Below, piece by piece: positions 1 to 7,500 of a stretch of 51,290 bases of DNA; position 1 is the first letter of the stretch; each line of letters opens with the position of its first letter. The position numbers were made by a program, and so were the translations under genes. The notes beneath the pieces were generated by a model, which was given only the letters and a program-made list of their open reading frames with translations, was not told the DNA's origin and did no database searches. The stretch comes from a virus: IMG/VR virus record IMGVR_UViG_3300009826_000027. One strand, written 5' to 3'.

Positions 1-123
1 CCCTTCTGAAAATCGACGAGGTATCCGCTTGTCTACATATATCGGAGAACTTGCTCTGGATATGATAGTCGATGCGCCGCCGCGAGCACTACCTTGATAT
101 TTAGCATGTAATGCCGCGATACC
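1..123. repeat. Terminal direct repeat, left copy (identical to 51168..51290). Indicates a circular or circularly permuted genome closed by assembly overlap.
   Basis: Bases 1-123 (cccttctgaaaatcgacgag...atgccgcgatacc) recur verbatim as the last 123 bases of the window. The repeat lies inside an ORF and keeps its frame. Confidence 0.95.
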
Positions 124-1941
124 ATTGTCTCTTGCTGATTGTCTATAGTCCAAATTATGTTTTTCGGCATCAATTACAACCATAGAATGTCTAACCGCTC
201 TTGCTATTTCGTCTAAGTCAGCACCCTTAATAGTCATGTCTGTAATCAGATTGGATACGACGCCCATTTGTTTTTGTTTATTTGAGGGCGTTATTGGGCG
301 TATATTCGATCCTTCGGAAATTTTATACGATTCTATTGGATCGAATTGTGCCAACGATCGTAGTGCAGCCGAGGTCCGTACTTTACCGCTATTGTTAGGG
401 ATGACCAAAACCGTATCCCCATCAAAGTCTGCTCCCGACAATTGTCGGGCTACGATTGGATTTATACCAATCGCATCCGCCGGATCTGAACCCATAATAG
501 ATCGACCTTCTCTTGACTTATTATTTACTACCACTTGTGGTATTTCAAAGGTTCCTGCATGTGGATAGCGAATTAAAACCACCCTTTCGCCATCATTAAA
601 GCTGGGTGCATAAACTTCATTATTTTTTAGCGACGGGACTGGTAACAATACTTTTGTGGCTTGTCGAGGTAGTCCAGCGGCAGCTAGATGGCCGGCAGCC
701 GAATCCGCACTATCGGCAAATGCCATCAAAAGCTGTTTACGAACCACGGGATTTGTCAAAGCTTGAATTTCTTCAAATTCGGCCCGTTTACGACCGACGG
801 TTATATCTATCTGCTGTTGTACTAATGCGGCCGGTTGTTTTGATAAGAATTGGGAGGACAACACGTTTGACCATTCTTGCCAAGCTCCCTCTTCGCTGGG
901 CATGCTAGAAGATCCGATAATATTTATAGCGCCACTTTGTCGACCGATGGATGCGCCAAAAGGATTGTCTTGATCAATCGCTCCCGTTGCGGTACGTTGT
1001 AAAGGCTTCATGGCATCCAATTTATTACCAGTGTCTATTCTGGCACTATTATAAATCACATCTACTCCGCTTGGTAAATTATCACTATAAATGGCCATGC
1101 CCTTCATATAATGCGTGCCATCAACGCCGATACGGACTTGTGCATATCGAGATTTACCCATATCAAGATCTGACACGCCTCTACGTATTTCAATGACGCC
1201 GTCTTTAGACTTTCCGGCTTCTCCATAGCGTACTTGAATCCGGGCGGAATCCAACATCTCAATCGGCCTAATACCAAGATCGGAGAAATTGCGACCAAAG
1301 TCTTCGGATATAGCTGTTATTGGTTTGACAAGACTGACATCATTGATTAATTCTCGCCATTCCGTATCCGGCGCACCTAAAGCTTTAACAATCGTAAATT
1401 GTCCAGGTATTCCAACTTGAGGTACTTTTATCGAATGTAATTTATAGCCATGACTCTCTGTTAAAAGAGATACGGCAGTATCCAATCGAGTTGGCGACAT
1501 ATTTAATTGATTAGCGACACCTTTACCGACGTCGATGAATCGTTTTTGATCTACTTGGTCTTTTAGCATGGTCATAGTCGCATTTGTTATCTTTGCCCGC
1601 TCAGCGTTAACAGGATTTAGACGAAGTCGCACCGTTGATTCTGGAATCCCCATTCTATCTGCTATCGCTCGGCTAGACATACCACGAGCTTGAAGACGAA
1701 CGGCCTCTGCCGTTTCGCCAAGAATGATTTCATCTTTAGAGATAGAATTTCTAGCTCGATATTGATTTATCGATATCCCTTCGGCCCTAGCTATATCTCT
1801 TTCGGACATACCAGAAACTCGTAATAGTTCTACATGCCCGCGCCACCCTATCGAACGTTGAAAAGGGTTTTTACCAGACCCCCAGGGATAGCGACCAGAA
1901 CGTCTAGGTTGACCGATATGCGCTAATACATTTTCGCTCAT
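1..1941 (-). CDS. Two-barrel (YonO / RdRP-like) single-polypeptide RNA polymerase, N-terminal 647 codons. The ORF has no stop before base 1 and continues in frame at 51167 (887 aa in total).
   Basis: My own translation from ATG 1941..1939 (MSENVLAHIGQPRRSGRYPWGSG...) is open to base 1. The segment 415-582 encodes VVLIRYPHAGTFEIPQVVV..AIGINPIVARQLSGADFDGDTVLVIP, matching beta-prime [45 protein letters not shown] at 1096-1113 resembles beta HGNKGV. Tandem HTH-like segments lie at 1753-1812 and 1621-1683. This ORF is absent from the supplied track because it lacks an in-window stop. Confidence 0.75.
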   Translation of the reverse strand, partial: MSENVLAHIGQPRRSGRYPWGSGKNPFQRSIGWRGHVELLRVSGMSERDIARAEGISINQYRARNSISKDEIILGETAEAVRLQARGMSSRAIADRMGIPESTVRLRLNPVNAERAKITNATMTMLKDQVDQKRFIDVGKGVANQLNMSPTRLDTAVSLLTESHGYKLHSIKVPQVGIPGQFTIVKALGAPDTEWRELINDVSLVKPITAISEDFGRNFSDLGIRPIEMLDSARIQVRYGEAGKSKDGVIEIRRGVSDLDMGKSRYAQVRIGVDGTHYMKGMAIYSDNLPSGVDVIYNSARIDTGNKLDAMKPLQRTATGAIDQDNPFGASIGRQSGAINIIGSSSMPSEEGAWQEWSNVLSSQFLSKQPAALVQQQIDITVGRKRAEFEEIQALTNPVVRKQLLMAFADSADSAAGHLAAAGLPRQATKVLLPVPSLKNNEVYAPSFNDGERVVLIRYPHAGTFEIPQVVVNNKSREGRSIMGSDPADAIGINPIVARQLSGADFDGDTVLVIPNNSGKVRTSAALRSLAQFDPIESYKISEGSNIRPITPSNKQKQMGVVSNLITDMTIKGADLDEIARAVRHSMVVIDAEKHNLDYRQSARDNGIAALHAKYQGSARGGASTIISRASSPIYVDKRIPRRFSEG

Positions 1942-2498
1942 GTTACGCCCTCCGCCTTTAATCTTTCAATATGCTTGTCAGATTCTACTATTTTGTTCAT
2001 TATAGAAAAGATTTCTTCCGGCAAAGGATTATGTATTATTATTTCATCAGATTGGTAAATACGTAGTTCAGCTTCGATTTCATCAGGCTGATAATCATAT
2101 TCCAAACAGAATATTGCCATGTACACCATCAATTGTCTCATCGACGCCGGAGTTTCTCCAGATTTATAATCATGTATCCGAAGAAAATTCTTTTTAAAAG
2201 AAATGGCATCTGCAGTACCAAAACAATTATCGGAATAATATAACGGTTGTTCTGTTATCATGCGATAGCCGATAGCATCGTTCACGTACATATTTAATGT
2301 ACGCTTTGTCCGAGGGAGTCGCTCCTTCAACTCAATTAATTCGTGCGCCAATTCATGAAGTCGCGTACCTCGAAAACTGGCTCGATGTTTAACGTATCGG
2401 TCAGTTAGTTTTTCCGGAGTGTAATTAACCCAATGCGATCCGCTAGGGGCAAGAAATGCGTGCTCGCCTCGAAGGTGAGAATGCGAGTTGAAGTTCAT
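1938..2498 (-). CDS. PD-(D/E)xK (Cas4/RecB/DUF2800-like) nuclease
   Basis: Motif GTADAISF...LRIHDYKSGE fits the D...(D/E)xK pattern. I placed the start at an internal ATG (MNFNSHSHLRGEHAFLAPSGSHW) preceded by AAGGAGG 7 nt upstream. Its TGA overlaps the RNAP ATG (ATGA at 1938-1941). Confidence 0.6.
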   Translation of the reverse strand: MNFNSHSHLRGEHAFLAPSGSHWVNYTPEKLTDRYVKHRASFRGTRLHELAHELIELKERLPRTKRTLNMYVNDAIGYRMITEQPLYYSDNCFGTADAISFKKNFLRIHDYKSGETPASMRQLMVYMAIFCLEYDYQPDEIEAELRIYQSDEIIIHNPLPEEIFSIMNKIVESDKHIERLKAEGVT

Positions 2499-2760
2499 CC
2501 AAAATGTCCTCCTTGTTTTCAGGACAAACAAATGATGCAAACGACATATTATCTAACGTGTCGACATAATACTTCTGATTAGGTTGTCGACGTGCAGTAA
2601 TATTTCGTTTTACTTCAAGTGCCGCCCATGTGTTTTTGTACAAAATTAATAAATCCGGTATTCCCTGTAAATAGCCCTCATCATTTTTTAATACGATGCA
2701 ACTTGGAAATAAAGCTTTAATCTCTTTTATTAATTTCGCCTGAAATACTCTTTCAGTCAC
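2443..2760 (-). CDS. VRR-NUC-type PD-(D/E)xK nuclease (Holliday-junction-resolvase-like)
   Basis: GIPDLLILYKNTWAALEVKR fits the PD...ExK motif. The GTG start at 2760 is preceded by AAAGGAGG with a 5-nt spacer. The longer track ORF would read through a terminator hairpin. Confidence 0.6.
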   Translation of the reverse strand: MTERVFQAKLIKEIKALFPSCIVLKNDEGYLQGIPDLLILYKNTWAALEVKRNITARRQPNQKYYVDTLDNMSFASFVCPENKEDILDELQLAFSPSRRARISCP

Positions 2761-2773
2761 GACGGCCTCCTTT

Positions 2774-2805
2774 AAAAAAAAAAAGAGAAGAGCCATTCTC
2801 TTCTC
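2774..2805 (-). terminator. Rho-independent terminator-like hairpin followed by T11
   Basis: Minus strand reads gagaagag-aatgg-ctcttctc followed by ttttttttttt. It lies between the helicase stop and the VRR-NUC ribosome-binding site. Confidence 0.6.
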
Positions 2806-2806
2806 C

Positions 2807-2832
2807 TCTATTAGAGGCCGTGTTTTTATTGC
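2807..2832 (-). promoter_or_regulatory. Conserved 26-nt motif, copy A (minus strand GCAATAAAAACACGGCCTCTAATAGA)
   Basis: 25/26 identical to the copies at 14604-14629 and 18663-18688. All three are intergenic or overlap a stop codon, and all are in the same orientation as the genes. Confidence 0.5.
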
Positions 2833-2842
2833 AGACTGATTT

Positions 2843-4003
2843 TTAGGAAAATGTATAAATATTTTCATTAAAGCTTTGCTTATTATCGAATGCTTTTCTA
2901 ATATCGCGATCGATCGATGAGCTTGATATTAGATGATAATAATACAAATCGTTAAATGGAGTATTAAGTCGATCGATTCGCCCAGCCGCTTGAGTGCGAA
3001 TTTTATAAGAATAATGTTGGGAATAAAAAATCATCGCATCAGTTGTAATGCATTCCCAGCCTTCCGCGCCAGCCATATATTGTACGATATATAACCACTT
3101 TTCGGTGTCTGGTATTTCTTGATGTTTATGACCGTTCCATTCGCCAAGTGGTGTTCGAGTTCTTTCTGCTAGCTCTATTAACATATCTCTCTCGTAATTA
3201 AAATTATAAAAAATTATTAACCGAGGATGTTTTCGCATAAGGCATTCTATTGTATAGGTTCGTCTCGGATCACTATTAACTATACGCCGTAGTACATGAC
3301 ATAATTCGCCAACATCTTTGATAGGTTCTTGTTTATATACATGCCATCGCTCTATGGCGGCCATACGATATAAGTCCATATCATATGATACGGGCACATA
3401 CTTTATATGATGTTTTGTACGGATCCGATACTTCATCATAACAGTAACCTCTTGTCTACACTTCATAAGTCGACCAACCTCAATATATCGATCTATCTTA
3501 GGATATTTAGTGAAGGTGTTCCATACCACATGTCGACGAATAAACTCGGTCCGGTTCTTATAGAGTTTATTTGCGATGAAGACCGGGATATAATCCATCC
3601 ATGTATCACCAGGTGTTGCGCTGAGAAGTAACCAAGTATTAGTCTTAACGATCTCATGAAACGATTTCACCCAAGCGCCGCTACCAACTAATCGTTGCTC
3701 GTCAAAAATGAAAAATGCATCTTTAATCCTTATATATTTACCGATATTATTCCACGAGTCCACTACGATATCCGTATTCAGTAAATCGAATATCGCGCAT
3801 TCTTTTAACCACTCTTTATCATCTCGCTTTTTAGCTGTAGTGATAATATAAAGTTTTTTTAATCTATTGTCGATACGCTCATTATAATAATAGTAATAAA
3901 GGGCGGTTCTAGACTTACCAGAACCAACCCCACCTACCAAGATCTTACCTGACGACAGTTTATCTATGACCTCTTGTTGATGTTGTAACAAACTACGTGT
4001 CAT
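2843..4003 (-). CDS. SF2 (DEAD/SNF2-like) DNA helicase
   Basis: Walker A GGVGSGKS, motif II FDEQR, motif III SATP, motif VI QAAGRIDR. The start is probably ATG 4003 (MTRSLLQHQQEV); the track starts at an upstream GTG at 4027. Confidence 0.8.
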   Translation of the reverse strand: MTRSLLQHQQEVIDKLSSGKILVGGVGSGKSRTALYYYYYNERIDNRLKKLYIITTAKKRDDKEWLKECAIFDLLNTDIVVDSWNNIGKYIRIKDAFFIFDEQRLVGSGAWVKSFHEIVKTNTWLLLSATPGDTWMDYIPVFIANKLYKNRTEFIRRHVVWNTFTKYPKIDRYIEVGRLMKCRQEVTVMMKYRIRTKHHIKYVPVSYDMDLYRMAAIERWHVYKQEPIKDVGELCHVLRRIVNSDPRRTYTIECLMRKHPRLIIFYNFNYERDMLIELAERTRTPLGEWNGHKHQEIPDTEKWLYIVQYMAGAEGWECITTDAMIFYSQHYSYKIRTQAAGRIDRLNTPFNDLYYYHLISSSSIDRDIRKAFDNKQSFNENIYTFS

Positions 4004-4532
4004 GACGACATGCGCCTTTTGATCCACAGTTCATCCCGCAATTTGCACATAAATCTTCACCAATGGAAACTACATCATTCTCTGGTGCATCCATGTATTT
4101 TTGTTCAAACTCATCCTCAGTAATTGTGACGTACATCGACTTAAGGTATGCTTTTACTCCTTTACCGCCATTGGTTTCCCAATTATACGGTCTGATAATC
4201 AAATCGAGATTATCTATATCTGCCCAATCAAGCATTTTTATAGTGTCGTCATCAAGAGCAGTTTTACCTCTACTTGTAACCATTATTACTTTTGGGGGAA
4301 AACGGGAATCGAAGGATACCGCTACTGGCAAATAAGCCTGGGAATCATCCTGTTCATCCCGCGGCTTGAGTTCTCTTATATTCCATCCGTCCGACTTTAA
4401 ACTTGATGCCGTCTCGTGATCAAGTACTACACAAAAGTTCTTTGTATCTTTCGGGTTATATTTACCTTCTTTGCCCGAAAAATTCCTAAATATGATACGT
4501 GCATTTTCTATTATAATATTATTTGTAACCAT
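3993..4532 (-). CDS. Putative ssDNA-binding protein (T7 gp2.5 / DUF2815-like OB fold) with a Cys-rich C-terminal tail
   Basis: The pattern ENARIIFRNFSG...NFCVVLD...GWNI...DLIIRPYNWETNGGKGVKAYLKSMYV resembles gp2.5-like SSBs, and the gene sits in a DUF2800/DUF2815/helicase/VRR-NUC type module. The tail is CANCGMNCGSKGAC. Confidence 0.45.
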   Translation of the reverse strand: MVTNNIIIENARIIFRNFSGKEGKYNPKDTKNFCVVLDHETASSLKSDGWNIRELKPRDEQDDSQAYLPVAVSFDSRFPPKVIMVTSRGKTALDDDTIKMLDWADIDNLDLIIRPYNWETNGGKGVKAYLKSMYVTITEDEFEQKYMDAPENDVVSIGEDLCANCGMNCGSKGACRHDT

Positions 4533-4543
4533 GATGATTCTCC

Positions 4544-7500
4544 TTAAACTGTCAAAGTGAGGCCCTCACCGGACCCTATTAATTTACAATTTCCACAATC
4601 TTTAATACATCCAGGAGGACAACCATGCGCACACCATGGTGGCACATTATCGTCTTCCATTGCTAAAAACCATTCAACATCGCCGAACTTTTTCAATGCT
4701 GCTATGGCGTCGTCGACTAAAGCATTAAAATACCCAAAATCAATCGAGTTTTCCTTCTCTAAAGTTTTTACCATCGCTTCTTCTAACCATCGGTAACCTT
4801 TACTACCGGTAGCGGCATTATATTTACCGTCTTTCTCTCTAAGTAGTATGCCGCCGCCATGATTAGGATAAATTGGACAGAATGAACCAACTTTTCCAAT
4901 TAAACGATATGAATGTTCGCCCTCGGGCAAATCCTCGTTCATATCTAAATACAGAGCAGTAGTGACCGTCTTTGTCTCACATAGATCTTTGAAATTTATT
5001 GGTCCAAAGCATGGGATTCCACGACCAGTCACATATCCATCCTTAAATAATGTCTTAAATACATAAGGATGTATCATTTGCGTTCCTATGGCATACCATT
5101 TGTTCTTTTCTTTACCGACATATACCGCGTCGTTCAACAAACAAAACTTACTATACGTTTTTTCATGCTCAAACGTATAGCCGTACTTTTTACCAAACTC
5201 AAAAATAAATTGCTTAAGTTCTTCGGTCGGATTAACAATTTTAATTGAATCGGTTTTAATGTGTATTACTTTACCTCCTCTCTCTGTTACTTGATGCATT
5301 AGTTCGATCATAAATAGCGCGCCGCGTTTAGCAACTATATTGTCTTTATTGCCCGGCACTGTGAACTTGCTATCAAAATTTTGTTTTGTATAGCCATACA
5401 CAGAATTAAGAACTATCTTTAACGCATATGCTAACTTTTTCATGCCAGTATCATCACTAATATATTTAGCAAAAACGCCGTCTAAAATTGTCGCTACAAG
5501 TTCTAGATCGTCATGTTTGATTCCTATACGTCCGTCAAGAACCTTCTTAAACTTTTCGGTATATGGACCGAATAAATTCAATTCTACTAAACTTGTCGGA
5601 TGCTGTGAGGCGATGTCATATTCATATACATGAGTATACATGCCGGGCATCGCATGCACAAAGCCTCCCTCGCCGACCTCTATGTCGCGATATATACTTT
5701 TACCACGGTCATGAGTGTACCCGGGAAAGAGCGTGCTTAAATCCGTATACACAAATTTTTCTTGTGGTCGTGGATCGGTTCCAAACAAAAATCGCGCAAT
5801 ATGATTCTGAGTTGTATCGTTTACTGACAACCCACTTAAATCCGATAAAATTTGTCTAGCTGTGAAATCCGCTTCTCTGGCATAGAAAACCGCTTCCGTA
5901 GCCACCACATCATTTATACAATAGTCAGCAACAAGTTGCCACTTTTCTTCGGGCACAGGTTCGTCCCACGGCAACCCAAGTTCTTGATGATGGATGCCAA
6001 GTTCTATTTCCCATTTCTTTAATCCTTGCTTGACGGAAGAAAAGTCATAGATATCCGTATATGATAAATTATATGCTTCACCAAAGAAGCAATTCTTACT
6101 ACCATTAACTATCTTCTGACTAAGATCGTAAATTTGAGCGAGATCGTAACCAATGTATCGGGCATATAAAATATGATTATCATATCTTCTACAGTTAAAT
6201 CCAACCAATTTAAACTGTAACAGTCGCCCAATATCTTCTGACGAAGGATTAATCATTGTAACGGCTGGTTTATCTGTAGTCTTCCACACAACTACTAATA
6301 GATTAGGAAAAACCTCGACGTCATAGAATAACAATTCATCAAACTCCGATTCCATCGGTTCACTAATTACTTCCGATGCAAAATGCATCTTATTGACAAT
6401 CTTTATTGCTGTTTCCGATTGATTTGAAGAATTATTTGCAAAGGCGAGGATTTTTGGTCGTAAATCTGTCACATCATATCGTACGCCGGTATTATATGCA
6501 TCGTCTAATATTTTTTGCATAAAGTCAACGTTAGATTTGGTGCCTGGATGAATCTCTTTTTTTAAAGCTTTGGTTATTAATGCTCGAAGATGTTTTTCAT
6601 CATTAACCACATCAACATTAATCATCTTTTCTCCTTTCAATGGCAGTCCACTATTGATCGTGAGTATTGGGGCATTGTTACACATAGTGAGTTTTCGTCG
6701 AAGCGATGCTTTACCAGTAAAGACTTTTATTTCTATACCTTCCGAATACACTCGACTAAGTCTGTTTGTATCTCCATCATATACATAATGAAGATGTATA
6801 CCGGTGCCACTTTTACTATACTCTGCATAAGTGACAGGCCATTTACTCGCCGCTTCTAAATTCAACATTAACGATTTATTACCATCACCATCTGTTAAAT
6901 CAAAATCTATGACTATATGATCCTCTGGCGGCTTAACGTAATGAAGCCTTCGAGGATTAATATTTGCCAGATTTGTTTTCACCTCGTCCCAACGCGCTAT
7001 CGGCGTACCTTCATCATTAGCATACTGTGCTGGACAATCAGCAAATAACTTGTCAAAATTTGATTCTTCTTGTTCTATCACCAAAGATAATGGCTTTTCT
7101 TCTATCATTTCTTCGGCAACAAACTTTACCATTTTAAACCCAATATAATAACTTCTTACCTCCCGACCGTCCACACGGCTTCGTTCTTTAAAATCTTCAA
7201 AATATGATTTTAACTCGTCACGAAATTTATGCCGTGGCAGTCGATATTCAATTAGTGCTTCCTCACAATATGTTTTATACATTGCGTAAGCTTGTACAAG
7301 TGCAACGCCGTCTTGTTCTTTAAACGTATGATAATTAGCTTCAACAAAGTTAAAGAATGTATCCGTTTGATACATCATCGTCAAAGGACGATATCCACTA
7401 TAATAATTTTTACCCAATCGTAAATATGCCTGTAAACATCGCCATGCGATTGCGCCGAGCTCGAAGTTTATTTGATTTATTAAAATATGATACTTTTTAA

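Noticed and set aside
236-1196. Plus-strand ORFs 236..568, 606..908 and 951..1196, and the minus-strand ORF 1104..1298
   Set aside because: They lie antisense to, or out of frame within, the 647-codon open frame of the RNA polymerase gene. They have no ribosome-binding sites and their composition is typical of non-coding frames.
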